A DNA stretch of 63,755 bases, counting the filler, from Octopus bimaculoides (Eukaryota), in the NCBI RefSeq assembly GCF_001194135.2. It is 8 parts of 6 records of this genome, joined end to end, with 100 filler letters (N's around TTAATTAATTAA, not from the genome) between each part and the next. Parts side by side here need not be neighbours in the genome. Positions count along the whole stretch, not along the records: positions 35,144 to 41,934 come from NC_068985.1; positions 42,035 to 48,891 come from NC_068985.1; positions 48,992 to 54,560 come from NC_068983.1; 5 more parts are not named here. The stretch is one strand, 5' to 3'. Position numbers and translations under genes: made by a program. The notes under the pieces are model-generated. The model was not told the DNA's origin. It did not search any database and saw only the letters and a list, made by a program, of their open reading frames with translations. Positions 36,259 through 50,668 of this stretch are shown here, in pieces. Numbering within the stretch: the first letter of the stretch is position 1; the number at the start of each line of letters is the position of its first letter.

Positions 36259-36547
36259 NNNNNNNNNNNNNNNNNNNNNNNNNNNNNNNNNNNNNNNNNN
36301 NNNNNNNNNNNNNNNNNNNNNNNNNNNNNNNNNNNNNNNNNNNNNNNNNNNNNNNNNNNNNNNNNNNNNNNNNNNNNNNNNNNNNNNNNNNNNNNNNNNN
36401 NNNNNNNNNNNNNNNNNNNNNNNNNNNNNNNNNNNNNNNNNNNNNNNNNNNNNNNNNNNNNNNNNNNNNNNNNNNNNNNNNNNNNNNNNNNNNNNNNNNN
36501 NNNNNNNNNNNNNNNNNNNNNNNNNNNNNNNNNNNNNNNNNNNNNNN

Positions 36548-36912
36548 CGGATACAGTCCCACTGTACGTGGCACCTTCGGTAACTGTTTTCTACTATAAC
36601 CTCGGGCCGACCAAGGCCTTCTGAATGGATTTGGTAGGCAGTCCTTTGTATATATGAGTGCGAATGTGTTTGTATGCGTGTGTTTGTGTATGCGCGTGTG
36701 TGTGTGTGTGTGTGAGTGTGTGTGTGTGTGTGTGCGCGCGCGTCTGTGTTTGACACCTGGTGTTGGTATCGTTACGTCTCCTGACTTAGCGATAGAAGAA
36801 ATACCAGGCTTAAAAAAGTAAGTACTGGGGTCGATTCATTCGACTAAAACTCTTCAAGGCAGTGCCCCAGCATGGTCGCAGTCTATTGACGGAAGCAAGT
36901 AAAGGATAAAAG
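36548..36912 (+). mobile_element. SINE family A (diverged, head cut by gap)
   Basis: cagtcccactg..ggcacctt.., gggccgaccaaggcc, internal (GT)n, ccccagcatggtcgcagtc tail. Confidence 0.8.
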
Positions 36913-37015
36913 ACGAATAAAAGTAAATTAAGCAACATACAACATAAATTCGTTATTTGTCGAAATTATTTATTCATGTATGTATGTATGGATGTATGTA
37001 TGGATGTATGTATGT

Positions 37016-37252
37016 ATACAGGGTGCAGTGAATATATTGTCTAAATTACGCAAAAAATCAAAACAACACTGACATTTCATTTTAACAGATATATTTACAA
37101 AAATTACATAGAAATATCTTGAAATACTAAAGAGTAAATTTATTCAATAAAATCGCCATTGGCTTCAATCACGGCCTCGAGACGACTTCAGAATCTCCTG
37201 CAACTCTTCTGGACGGTCTCCTTGTTTAAGTTGGTGAACGCTGCCATAGTTC
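37016..37252 (-). mobile_element. 3' end of a Tc1/mariner (maT-like) DNA transposon
   Basis: Minus strand MAAFTNLNKETVQKSCRRF*SRLEAVIEANGDFIE*, a typical transposase C-terminus. Terminal tacagggtg. Confidence 0.65.
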
Positions 37253-38163
37253 TAAAATTGCAGAAGAATTCGTTGCTGGGCAGTTTAGTTTAATGGTAAA
37301 ACACTTGACGCGTAATCACAGAGATGTGAGTTCGAGTCTCATGGCTGGCCAATAACGTATTTTTCTGCAATAAATGGATAATTTATCCTGATCACGCTAT
37401 TTAAAGCATTATCACCCGTTTGAGAAATAAATTTATTTCTGTATCCTATATATATATCCGGAGAATCTACAAGAATAGGTGCAAGTGCTAATTTATAAAA
37501 ACGTGTGACATATTAATAAAAAATCTGTAAATGTAAAACCATCCAGATATCCGAGTCTCTTATTATTTTTTCTAATATATAATTCCTGTACGTCACCTCC
37601 AAACCTTCTAATATATATATATAGATATTTCTATGCTTGTATGTATGCTTACATGCATGTGGAAATATATGTATACTTTCCATTGTTTCTTTGAGAATTT
37701 TGACAGAAAAAAAAATATGAAGAACGAAAGTGTATTTCCGTTTATAGCTTTTTGTGTTTGCGTTTTAAAACAGAGAATAACATGAACAACAACAACACCA
37801 GCAACAGAAATAACAATAACAGCAACAATAGATTTACTGCTTTGATAGTTTTTTCAACCAGAACAGTGGCGATGGGGTAGGGGTGATGGTGATGGTGGTA
37901 GTGGTGATTTGGTGGCAGAACTTTTTCGGCGTTCTGTTTATGGGTATAGGTTAGATATAATTAAGGTTCGTGCCGGGATCATAACTAGGGTAAGGGAGCA
38001 GAGTTGGAAGAAAGCAGATATTTCGCCGCCCAAGCGGATGACATTGTTTGTTCAGGAGGCAGCAGCTGACACAGAAATATGTATTTCAATATAATACTAT
38101 TTTTTGTTTGTTTAGTTTTCAAGTTATTTTATACTGTTTTATATTTGATTTAAAAATAAAAGT

Positions 38164-38196
<33 letters not shown>

Positions 38197-38860
38197 CGTT
38201 TTCTCTCTCATCATTTCCGTGATTCCCTTTTTNNNNNNNNNNNNNNNNNNNNNNNNNNNNNNNNNNNNNNNNNNNNNNNNNNNNNNNNNNNNNNNNNNNN
38301 NNNNNNNNNNNNNNNNNNNNNNNNNNNNNNNNNNNNNNNNNNNNNNNNNNNNNNNNNNNNNNNNNNNNNNNNNNNNNNNNNNNNNNNNNNNNNNNNNNNN
38401 NNNNNNNNNNNNNNNNNNNNNNNNNNNNNNNNNNNNNNNNNNNNNNNNNNNNNNNNNNNNNNNNNNNNNNNNNNNNNNNNNNNNNNNNNNNNNNNNNNNN
38501 NNNNNNNNNNNNNNNNNNNNNNNNNNNNNNNNNNNNNNNNNNNNNNNNNNNNNNNNNNNNNNNNNNNNNNNNNNNNNNNNNNNNNNNNNNNNNNNNNNNN
38601 NNNNNNNNNNNNNNNNNNNNNNNNNNNNNNNNNNNNNNNNNNNNNNNNNNNNNNNNNNNNNNNNNNNNNNNNNNNNNNNNNNNNNNNNNNNNNNNNNNNN
38701 NNNNNNNNNNNNNNNNNNNNNNNNNNNNNNNNNNNNNNNNNNNNNNNNNNNNNNNNNNNNNNNNNNNNNNNNNNNNNNNNNNNNNNNNNNNNNNNNNNNN
38801 NNNNNNNNNNNNNNNNNNNNNNNNNNNNNNNNNNNNNNNNNNNNNNNNNNNNNNNNNNNN

Positions 38861-38910
<50 letters not shown>

Positions 38911-40015
38911 CGTTTTCTCTCTCATCATTTCCGTGATTCCCTTTTTTCTCCCCTTCACCGTTTTCTATCTGTCTCTCTCCTCTCCTCTTTCTTCTGTTCT
39001 TTCTCTCGTTGCTTACATGTGACCATCGTCCATCTTTCTTTTCCTCACGTGATCATCTTTATTTTCCTTCAGGACTGTCCTAAGGACTGGACGTATCCTA
39101 TCTCTCTCTTCTATCTTTTCTCTTGTCAAAGGATAATATTTCACCAGCATTCGCTATTTTACCCTCGTTCTGGTCCAACGACCCTCCATGTTTGTTTTCG
39201 TTCGGTTTTCTTTGTATGTCTCCACTGTCCTATTTTGTTCCCAACTTTGACCCTCCATAAATCCCAAATTTTATTTTAGAACTTATGGGAGCAACTGTCT
39301 TCGAAGATTCATATTGTCGTTCAATACTCGAAATGAGGAGTAGATAGACAGCTGACAAGTGTTGAAGGGTCGTTCTTCCATTTGTTTCCCTCGTTGTTTT
39401 CGTATTGAACTTATTTGTTTTCGTATTCCATGTTGTTTACTGTTGGTGACGTCCTGTAACCATATATGCATACGTATATATATATATATATATATATNNN
39501 NNNNNNNNNNNNNNNNNNNNNNNNNNNNNNNNNNNNNNNNNNNNNNNNNNNNNNNNNNNNNNNNNNNNNNNNNNNNNNNNNNNNNNNNNNNNNNNNNNNN
39601 NNNNNNNNNNNNNNNNNNNNNNNNNNNNNNNNNNNNNNNNNNNNNNNNNNNNNNNNNNNNNNNNNNNNNNNNNNNNNNNNNNNNNNNNNNNNNNNNNNNN
39701 NNNNNNNNNNNNNNNNNNNNNNNNNNNNNNNNNNNNNNNNNNNNNNNNNNNNNNNNNNNNNNNNNNNNNNNNNNNNNNNNNNNNNNNNNNNNNNNNNNNN
39801 NNNNNNNNNNNNNNNNNNNNNNNNNNNNNNNNNNNNNNNNNNNNNNNNNNNNNNNNNNNNNNNNNNNNNNNNNNNNNNNNNNNNNNNNNNNNNNNNNNNN
39901 NNNNNNNNNNNNNNNNNNNNNNNNNNNNNNNNNNNNNNNNNNNNTATATATATATATATGTTTATAAAGAAAAAGTGGCTAAAAAAGTTTATAAATATGT
40001 GCTTGACTTTTCTCG

Positions 40016-40057
<42 letters not shown>

Positions 40058-40778
40058 TTACACGCGCCTGTGCGCGAACTCACGGACACACACACTCATA
40101 TGTAGATATGGGTGAGTGGACCTCTTTAGTTAAATGTGATCATAAAAGGTCGATTTGCTCGACATCTTACACTGACAAAAGCAGATACTTATAACTAATG
40201 AAAAGCCTTCTTATCAATCGACGTTACACTGCTAGCACAAACCATAGAAAATGTAAGAAAGAAATATTCTTTTCTGTCTTTCTTAGTAAAAATATGAATT
40301 TTGTCAGCATTTTTGCTTGCAGAGATATTGGTATATCTTTGCCCAAACTTAGTACTGCTGCACTGCTCAGGCACGTTGGGCTAATCATATTCCCCAGATA
40401 TGACTTCATTTGTCACAGACCGCTGAAAGAGCTCTCTGTAGAACACGCTTTAATAGAAATGGCAGCCAAACATCAGTGCTTTTCTTGAAGACTAGCAGAA
40501 CGACAAAATGATTGTCATGAAGTTTAGACTTGATTTGTTATCAAATTTCTTAGGTCTATTACACTGTGTTAAAACTGGATGAATTGATCCAGTTTCTGTG
40601 TTGTTGTTCTGCCGAGCGCGTGAAGCCTATATAAACTCGGAGCTTGGGAGAGGTATTTTGTGGTGATATGTTGAACGTCACATTCAACGAAACTCTTCTT
40701 TTCTGGTAGTTTAAAAAGTTGTAAGAGTTAAAATTATATCTACCTACCTACCTACCTACCTACCTACCTACCTACCTG

Positions 40779-40824
<46 letters not shown>

Positions 40825-41606
40825 GCCTCTGTGTGTGTGTCTGTGTCTGTCTGTCTGTCCGTCTGTCTGTCTGTCCGTCTGTCTGTGCCTGTGTGTTTGT
40901 GTGTTTGTGTACGTGTTCTGCTAATATAAGCCCCTTGTTTATAATAATAACCATAACGTATGCACAATCCGCCCTATTCTGAAGAGGATACAATGAATAA
41001 AATCATTCTGCCCCTAGCTTGGCTGATCGATTTCATCTATTCCCGGTTTCTTGGTCCACTTTTTTTTTATAAATCTTCTGGACAGCCAGCCAGTCCTCTG
41101 GTCTGAGGCTTGATGATAACTGCCTCTCACATTCATATACTCAACTATTCCTCCTCTGATTGAATCACATAATAAGAAATAAAGAAAATAAATCAGTAAA
41201 CAAAAGAAAAATCAATAAAAACACAGTGCCTTCATTACCGAACACGGAATGATATAAAGAAAAGTTAAACTCAACGGGATTTGAACGCAGAACTTAAGGA
41301 TATATGAGTAAAGGCAACAAATCCATTTACTCGGAGCCCATCCGTTTCTCAGTACGACACGAGTGTTCTGTTAGTATTCATAATATATCAGATAAAAATG
41401 TGGAAAATGCAGGATTATTAATGCGTTATATGCTTTCAATAAATAAATTATAATAAACGTATCAAATGAGTAATTTACGTTGTCTAAAATATTTAATAAT
41501 GCGTTGTTTCCTGGCTTTTATTAGTGTACGAGGCACATCCAGCATGCCTTTAGCACAGCAACATGGGAAAATGTATAAATAGGTGATTATGCGTAGGTAT
41601 GCGTGC

Positions 41607-41661
<55 letters not shown>

Positions 41662-42203
41662 GGGGAGAGAGAGTGTGTGTGTGCTTCATTGTTTTTGTAA
41701 ACGTGTGTGTGTCTGCGTGTTTATTTTTATGTGTTTGCATAAACACATATATATGCAATTATAAACAACTCTAGAGCTATATAAATAATGCATTATGTTT
41801 GATATTTGTGCTTGAGCATGTGTATATGTTTATGCATGTATTGAAGTATTTATGTATGTATGTATATACAACACACACACACACACACACACACACACTA
41901 CACACACACACACACACACACTACACACACATACNNNNNNNNNNNNNNNNNNNNNNNNNNNNNNNNNNNNNNNNNNNNTTAATTAATTAANNNNNNNNNN
42001 NNNNNNNNNNNNNNNNNNNNNNNNNNNNNNNNNNGTTCTGGAAATGTGCCACACAGGGCAGATTTCCGTCGCAAAAAACTTGCACCAGAGAGTCTACAAG
42101 TTGTTATACAACTTTGTATATAAAATAAACTTTACAAACAAACTTTTTAAAACATGAAAAAGGCAAAACTTACGGAGCCGACACGTCTACCGTCCGTCCA
42201 TAG

Positions 42204-42280
<77 letters not shown>

Positions 42281-44225
42281 CGCCATCAGAGAAACCATTC
42301 TTTGGTAGTGCATATTATCGTTCTCCCTGTGTATATATAATACATACTGTACATATACACTGGTGTGTGTTTTGTTTCATATTTTGTAAGCGAATTGTTC
42401 TCTATAATTCAGAGAAGGTGGGAGAGAAAAAAAAACAGTTTAACTTTCAACATTTGTTATTTGCTGGAATCAAATTCTATTTGTACATTTCAGCACTGTA
42501 ATCATCAATGTTGTTTGTTGCCATGGAGACGACTGTTACTAAAAACGACACAGAAATACTTCACAATACACTCAGAGAAACCAACTGCCAGCTTTTGTTG
42601 CCTTTTTGATTTGAATTTCTGAATGTCTGTTAATTATGTTTGTTTGTTTTTTAATTTGCATGTGTCGGTGTGGATGGTGTATGCGTATGTGTCGGTGCGC
42701 GCGGGAGTGTATGTGTGTATAGATACCTTATGTTTATGTGTGTCTGTATGTATGCATTTGCGGGTATGTCTTTTGTTTGTTTATTTCGATGCAAGTATGA
42801 GGAGATGGCAAAATAGTTTCCGTCGCAATCATGATTATTTGAATTCAGTTCCACCAAATGACTAAATGTCTTTGACCAAGTGTCTTCTTAATATAGTCCG
42901 GAGTCGCCCCCAGCCCTGAGAGTGAAATGAGATGGACGGAAACTTTGGACGGAGCTTGCAGGAGTACCTATAATTCAAATAACCGCCTTTATCAATTACG
43001 CTGCCTCACAGTGAGTTTGCTCGAGGATTACGCTAATGGTACAAGTATTTACGGAATATTTGGTCACATATGTTATACTACAGTGATTACATAGATACAG
43101 CTACTCTGATAATCGCTCGGCTGGATTACTCGTCGATACTACAGGCATATCAGTCTGTACAGCTAACAACCTGTATGGCCTCGGCGATATTGATAAACTC
43201 TACGTCAGTTGGAAAACTCTAACTGACGTCTCGTTGACTTTCATGCTATCTAGCTCCAACACTGTTAATGTCAATACTTCTGAATCGAGTCCTAAGACTG
43301 ATCGAGGCGGTTATCCGGTTTCCATAGCTTATAAGTGACCAATATCACAACATTTCCCTGAACGGGGTACCACTCTCTCGTATGGTTACTCATTTACTGC
43401 TGAGCGAACTAGAACAACATAAAATGAAGTATCTTGCTCAAGAACACAACGCACCGCCCGATCCGGAAATCAAAACCCCGATTTTGTAATCGTAAATGCA
43501 ATACCTTAACCACTTGGTCACACGCTTTCACTTAGCATCGATAGACTTAAACTGAATAAAACTAGATTTTGTTCTAAATGTGACTCTTAGATTATTCTCT
43601 GCATTTATTGAAACCAATGATGGGTAAACTGCGATCCACGGGACTTTCTAAATAGAACGCCAAAGGAAAAATAACTTTGAATGCTTTTAATAGTGCAGCC
43701 CACCGGATGATGAGTCATTTCTCATGCGGCCTGCTTCTCTCGAAAAAATGTTGCCCATGTCTGATGTAAGCAACGGTATTGGCTAGTTGTCTTGTGATAA
43801 TTAAAATGCAAAGTAGAATGTCGTGAAGGATGATAAGGTGTGCCATAATAACTGTGAAATATATTCTGCCTGGCGAGTATTTTCATTACTTTATGATGTA
43901 GATCCTGGTAGAATGCAAGTCAAAGTTGAAGTTGGTGGAGTGTGAGCTCAGAACGGTGCGAACGGAGAGGAGTACTGCAAAGCATCTGATGATTTTGTCA
44001 GGCCACCATCCTTTGTGACGGAACAACGACACACGTTTGTACACGATTACTGTCACAAGAATCTCATATAAATATTACTTACACTCTGAATTTTACTAAG
44101 AAAAACAAAACATTTACTAAACGTTTTAAGGAGCCGCAAAACGCTTAATTATTTGCGTCACAAAGGTCCCGATTATTGATGATGCCATATCATGAAAAAT
44201 GAAAGGATGCCTCTTTAAGTAATAC

Positions 44226-44314
<89 letters not shown>

Positions 44315-44966
44315 GTGAAGGCACGTGACTTAATGGTTTCGAGCTTTTATCGATCTTCAGAATAGTCAGATAGACCCCTTGGGATAAACATTCACCACTT
44401 TGCCGACCCCTGGTTTAGACAACGGAAGAAAGATATTTCTTTCATGGCCTCTGTGTTTGGTGGGAACAAGAAGAGAAGTTCTCCTGAAATAGGTTTCGCC
44501 TAAATACTTACAGCAGAGGAGACTTTGCTGAAGATTGCTAAGGGCAAGCAAGCGGTATGAAGTTGGGCAAAGGATTAAGGCTAATACACCAGTACAGGGT
44601 TGGTGCCTTCTCCGCTGACAGACTTTATCAATTATCGTTCACTATCATTCTCTCGCAAGATTTTGCTCAGAGAAACAAACTGAACCTCTACAGCAGGATA
44701 TCAAGCAATTACTTCCAGGATCCGATCTATAAAACCATGATTTGATTTTGTTTTCTTTTTACCTACAGAGCCACATTATCTTTTATTGATATTGTTGTTT
44801 TATTTATATACGAGTGCGTCAGAACAACATTAACGGATGTAAGAGAGTCGTGATTACAGTCACGTATTTTAGCCATCCACGAATGTCAAAAGTTCATCCC
44901 CGTTGTACTTATACTGAAACCAATAAGACTACCATTGACACAACGCTAAGTCTGTGTTAAATTATT

Positions 44967-44998
<32 letters not shown>

Positions 44999-45597
44999 CG
45001 TCGTTATTGTTGTTTACGGTTTTTTTTTTTTTACTTTCCCGAAACTGAAGAAAACTCTAACATAGGAGACAATGGACGTTTGAAACAAAAGAACGCAGCC
45101 AGTTCTGATAAATATCTTCTACCTGTCATTGTAAAATGTCGTCAAAGGTTAACGTTATATTTATATAGTAGCTGTTGCTCTTCTTTAGTGTGTGTTGCAA
45201 TATTAATAAAATAAGTTACAAAGTAATACGTGTGAAATAAAGAAAGAGAAGACGTAGGCACATAAATATCAAACAAACATATTGACTTTCACAGTCGAGC
45301 ATACAAATATATACTAATACACATACATATACATATACAAACATACACAAATGCATACATATAAGTGCGTATATAGAGGTGGATACGTACATACATATAT
45401 ACCTACATAAATGTGTGGGGGTGGGGTGTAATAAGGAAACCCATAGATTGTAATTTTTGACTAAACTAACGAATGCCCGCAAGAAAGTGTTTCAACTAGA
45501 GGCTCCTCGTCAAAGCTCTTGTGCCTGAAAGAATTTCCACTGCACCTGACTTTAGAAGTCTCAGTCAGAATTCTTTGTCTTTAGTTTACAAATATCT

Positions 45598-46165
45598 TTA
45601 CAAAAATATGGCCTTTATAAACATCAGCCTCTCATAGTTATCTTCTGTCAGAGTAACTCTCTTGACCCTCAAAATATTTTTGTCTATAGAGAATAGGCAC
45701 TCAACTGCAGCACAGAATGGGATGGCTGTTATACTTGGAGAACAGGTCAATCAAGGCTACATACCCCAAAAGGTGACTTCAGTCAGAACGTCCTTAGAGA
45801 CGGCCTTCAGCCAGGTCTTCACTAGGTTTATGCGCCTTGGATTTCAGTGACCTGTGGCTCCCGCTCTCCCGGATCAATGGGATGTTGCTGAAGAAATCAT
45901 CATCCTCATTCTCGTTCAAGGTGGTGCTGCTACCCTCCTCATTGGTCTCCGTTAGGGCTGAATCTACGACGGTCTTCATGATAACCTGGCTGTTATTACA
46001 CTGCTCAAGCCAGAACTGGCAAAACTTCGCCTGGAAGGCAGCGGCCAGCTGGTACTCCAGGTCTTCTAGGAGGAGCCCAAACCTTTTCGTGATGCCTGCG
46101 AGTATCGTGTCAACCAGAGGACTGCAGTACAGCAGATGTTTGAAATTGGCCTTCGAGTGTATGCG
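45598..46165 (-). pseudogene. hAT transposase pseudogene, C-terminal part (dimerisation domain)
   Basis: SPLVDTILAGITKRFGLLL..LAAAFQAKF, then AIPFCAAVECLFSIDKNILRVKRVTLTEDNYERLMFIK (SAxxERLFS-type motif). Stops and frameshifts. Confidence 0.8.
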
Positions 46166-46656
46166 TATGTACATATATATAGGAATATACATATGTATAT
46201 ATGCATATACGTATATGTATGTATATACATATATATATCAATATACGTATGTATATATGTATATATACGTACATATATACATANNNNNNNNNNNNNNNNN
46301 NNNNNNNNNNNNNNNNNNNNNNNNNNNNNNNNNNNNNNNNNNNNNNNNNNNNNNNNNNNNNNNNNNNNNNNNNNNNNNNNNNNNNNNNNNNNNNNNNNNN
46401 NNNNNNNNNNNNNNNNNNNNNNNNNNNNNNNNNNNNNNNNNNNNNNNNNNNNNNNNNNNNNNNNNNNNNNNNNNNNNNNNNNNNNNNNNNNNNNNNNNNN
46501 NNNNNNNNNNNNNNNNNNNNNNNNNNNNNNNNNNNNNNNNNNNNNNNNNNNNNNNNNNNNNNNNNNNNNNNNNNNNNNNNNNNNNNNNNNNNNNNNNNNN
46601 NNNNNNNNNNNNNNNNNNNNNNNNNNNNNNNNNNNNNNNNNNNNNNNNNNNNNNNN

Positions 46657-46823
46657 GTTGTAGCGAATGAGTACAGCAGGGTTCGCCACCATCCCTTGCC
46701 AGAGCCTCGTGGAGCTTTAGGTGTTTTCGCTAAATACACACTCTCAACGCCCGGTCTGGGAATCGATACCGCGGTCCTATGACCGCGAGTCCGCTACCCT
46801 AACCACTGGGCCATTGCGCCTCC
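46657..46823 (-). mobile_element. tRNA-headed SINE inserted between the hAT fragments
   Basis: ggaggcgcaatggcccagtggttagggtagcggactcgcgg..gtatcgattccc head followed by a SINE body rather than an acceptor stem. Confidence 0.7.
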
Positions 46824-46846
46824 ACACACACACACACACACACACT

Positions 46847-46891
<45 letters not shown>

Positions 46892-47085
46892 ATATATATA
46901 CGTACATATATGTATATATACGTACATACATATGTAAATACGTATATATATATATGTGTATATACGTATATATACATACGTATATACATATATATATGTT
47001 TATATGTTTAAACGTGAGTTTATAGGTATATATACGTACATACATATATATATGCATATAAGTATATATATATATATATATACAT

Positions 47086-47150
<65 letters not shown>

Positions 47151-47399
47151 TTATACTTATATACATATATTTACTTATACACACGCTAATACACGACCTC
47201 TGTTATAATCCCCACTCTTGTTTATACAACGAATGGGGCAAAACTAGTTGGTATACAGCACTTACTCGGTATTACCTGTATCTTAGGGTTTGGTTGAATC
47301 CAATACCCTTCTCAACCTTATATATACTTATATACATATATGTATGTATGTATATATATACATATATACATACTTATATACATATATATGTGTATATAC

Positions 47400-47460
<61 letters not shown>

Positions 47461-47463
47461 TAT

Positions 47464-47496
<33 letters not shown>

Positions 47497-47618
47497 CATG
47501 TACATATATACATGAATATATATACATACGTATACGTATATATGTATGGATGTATATATATACACATCCATACATATATACGTAAACGCATGTATGTATA
47601 CACAATCTACATACATTG

Positions 47619-47655
<37 letters not shown>

Positions 47656-47967
47656 GACACTACCTTGGTAGGTGACGTTTTGGGGTTGATGAATAACCGA
47701 AATGAGGGGTGGAATAATGGTTGGAATTAGATTAGTTCAGAACTTAAGATTCGTTTATTTGTTATTTCATTAAAGACTGCTGTTTTGACTGTGCAGACTT
47801 AATCATGAGTGGAATATATACATATATACCGCATATTATATATTATGACATTTATTTCAATTAGCAATTATACATTTTATTACATTAAGAGAATAATTAT
47901 TTAATAAATAATTAAATTAGATTAAGAAAATATGAAGTACGCCATAAAAATGTAATGACCTTGTAAA

Positions 47968-48600
47968 ATTTTATTTTATATATACAGAGCAAGACACTCC
48001 TCCAGCTGTATCTGGCTGGCCAAGATCATCCTGCCCAGCGTGCGGCGGGACATCGACGTCTTGCTGTGGTTCAGCGTCTTGATCAGTCCGACCAAGGTGG
48101 AGGACTCCACTACATGCCGCAGTAGCATGTTGACAAACAGGTCTACAATCCTTCTGTCTTCCATAGACTGACAGATGCCAGTGCCACCAGTTTGGGCAAA
48201 CGCCTCGCCAATGCTGGGCTGGTGTGCTTTCTTTGCACATAGATACGACGACTGGCTACTGGCACTGCTACCAGAAGATTGTCTGTGTTTCCCACGGGAA
48301 GAGTTGACCTTGTTCTTCTCCTCAAACTAGACGGCATTCGCTAAGTGTTTCCTCTTGATATGCGTCTTCAAGTTGTGGAGGTTCGCCGTTTGTGTATTGA
48401 TGGTGGTCTCCTTGGGCTGGCATATGATGCACAAGAAGTACAAGATTTTGACATTCCTTTTATCCATTGACGTAAGGACAAAGTAGTCCTCCATGTGGGG
48501 CTACTGTTCTGAGACTCCTGGCTCTCAACCTGAGCGACCACTGCCTCTTTCGCAGCTGTTGCAGACTCCTCAACAGGATCTTCCTCAAGCCGAACAAAAA
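47968..48600 (-). pseudogene. hAT transposase pseudogene, N-terminal part (BED zinc finger)
   Basis: MEDYFVL..LYFLCIICQPKETTINTQTANLHNLKTHIKRKH (CxxC..H..H BED finger), then VVESSTLVGLIKTLNHSKTSMSRRTL. In-frame stops. Confidence 0.8.
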
Positions 48601-49119
48601 TTTCTTCTGAAAGAAGCCAACCGTATATATATACATATGTATATATATATTTATGTGTATGTGCCTTTGAGGTCTATGCTTGTGCCCCCACCATCGCTTG
48701 ACAACCAATGTTGATATGTTTATGTCCTCGAAACTTAGCGGTTCGGCAAAAGATATCGATAGAATAAGTACTACGCTTACAAAGAATTATTCCTGGGGTC
48801 AATTCTTTCGACTAAAGGCGCTGTTTCAGCATGGCCGTAGTCAAATAACTGAAACGTGTAAAAGAGTAAAAGAGCTAAAGAGAATATATATNNNNNNNNN
48901 NNNNNNNNNNNNNNNNNNNNNNNNNNNNNNNNNNNTTAATTAATTAANNNNNNNNNNNNNNNNNNNNNNNNNNNNNNNNNNNNNNNNNNNNTATATTGTT
49001 GTATTTGGCGATGGTCATATTGCCAGTTTAGCCAATAAAAACACACGCACTGTATATTTGGTGTTAATTTGCTTCAGCTTTATATTACATTACATGACAT
49101 TACATTAATCCTATTTCGG

Positions 49120-49159
49120 CCATAGTTCTTTCGTCACACTTCTGTGACCTCATCAGTGG
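49120..49159 (-). ncRNA. Minimal type-I hammerhead ribozyme motif inside a 37-bp inverted-repeat-bounded unit
   Basis: cca-CUGAUGA-G-stem II gtcaca/tgtgac-GAAA-gaac-CUA triplet-tgg. Inverted repeats at 48996-49032/49198-49234 (36/37). Confidence 0.7.
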
Positions 49160-49275
49160 TCCTTTGCTTTTTTTCTTTCTTATGTGTGTCCCACCTTGCT
49201 AAACTGGCAATATGACCATCCCCAAATACAACAACATCTGTTTCAACACACGATTTCACATCAAAAATCTTGCAA

Positions 49276-49309
<34 letters not shown>

Positions 49310-50401
49310 CGTGAGTGTGTATAATAACCTGTTTCTAGAAAGACAGAATACCATACTTATTCATGACAATATTTCATTCCTCGAGATATCTCTTCTAAGT
49401 CATTATCAATTGCTGATTGGCGTTTGTTTAATTTCTAGTGAAGCGAAAATGATTTCATAAATAAATTTCTTTAAACCATTATGTAGTAAACATTTCTTTT
49501 TCTTTGATGACCACATTCATGCTACTGGCTACTGAAAATTACTTATCTTAGCACATATTTGCTATATATTGTGTATGTGTTAGTGTGTGGAATGGCGAAT
49601 GGCTTAATAATTAGTGTTGAGCTCGAAAGCTTGGACTCCATTTTTGAACTGGACGTTGTGTCTCTTCCTTGGGCAGGACACATCATTTTACCGTACTCCG
49701 GTCTACTCAGTAAAAAATGAATATCAGGCTGTTGCTGATGTAAACCACTTTCCCTTCGGCTGTCACTTTATCAGTGTGGTAGACCAAAGAAGATATCACT
49801 GTTTGCTTGCAACTAATCACCGAAACAATAAGCGAACGCATGGTACAAGTTATATATACCTTGCTAGTAACAGCTAAACATATGCGTGCGTGTATTTACA
49901 TCATGATTTCTCTGTGCCCCGTCTCTTCGGTGGCAGATGTCCGGTTAGCTGTATACCATTCAAATCTCACTGCCAGTGATATATGTAATTTCAGTCAATA
50001 TTCAATCATTGGTGCCGCAAGCAATGCCTAAATAGTCACCATATGTCGCAAATAACATTGATGAATTAAGTAACCTGCAACCTTATTAAAAAGTAATTAT
50101 TAACGCGCCTATTCAGACGCTGTTTGCGACATGGTACTTGAATAATCATTGAAACTCTACATGTCACTGTCAGTGAAATTTCACTATGTGGCTGTCGAAT
50201 GTCGGCAGCTACCGAGTTTTCTGTCACATCAAAATTACGTAATCGGACAGTTCCGGCACCCTTAACAGAGGATTCTCATATGCCAGCGGCATTCGGCGCT
50301 CTGTCAATACAACCACGATTAGTTGGATAAAGATTGGCTTTTGGTATTAATACTACTTCTGCCGCTAATAATAGTATATACATAATACATGCATACATAC
50401 A

Positions 50402-50433
<32 letters not shown>

Positions 50434-50615
50434 CACACGCAGAGATAAGTGTGTGCGCATGTATGTGTATATATGTGTGTGTACGTGTATGTGTGTACAT
50501 GTATGCGTGTGTGCGTATGTGCATGCCTATGTGTGTGCGTGTATGTGTGTACATGTATGCGTGTGTGCGCATGTGCGTGCGTGTTTGTGTGCATGTGTGT
50601 GTGTGTCTGTGTGTG

Positions 50616-50668
<53 letters not shown>

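Noticed and set aside
46750-46823. tRNA gene (strong A/B boxes)
   Set aside because: No acceptor-stem closure; it continues into a repeated SINE body. The same applies to 23255-23342 and 24560-24640.
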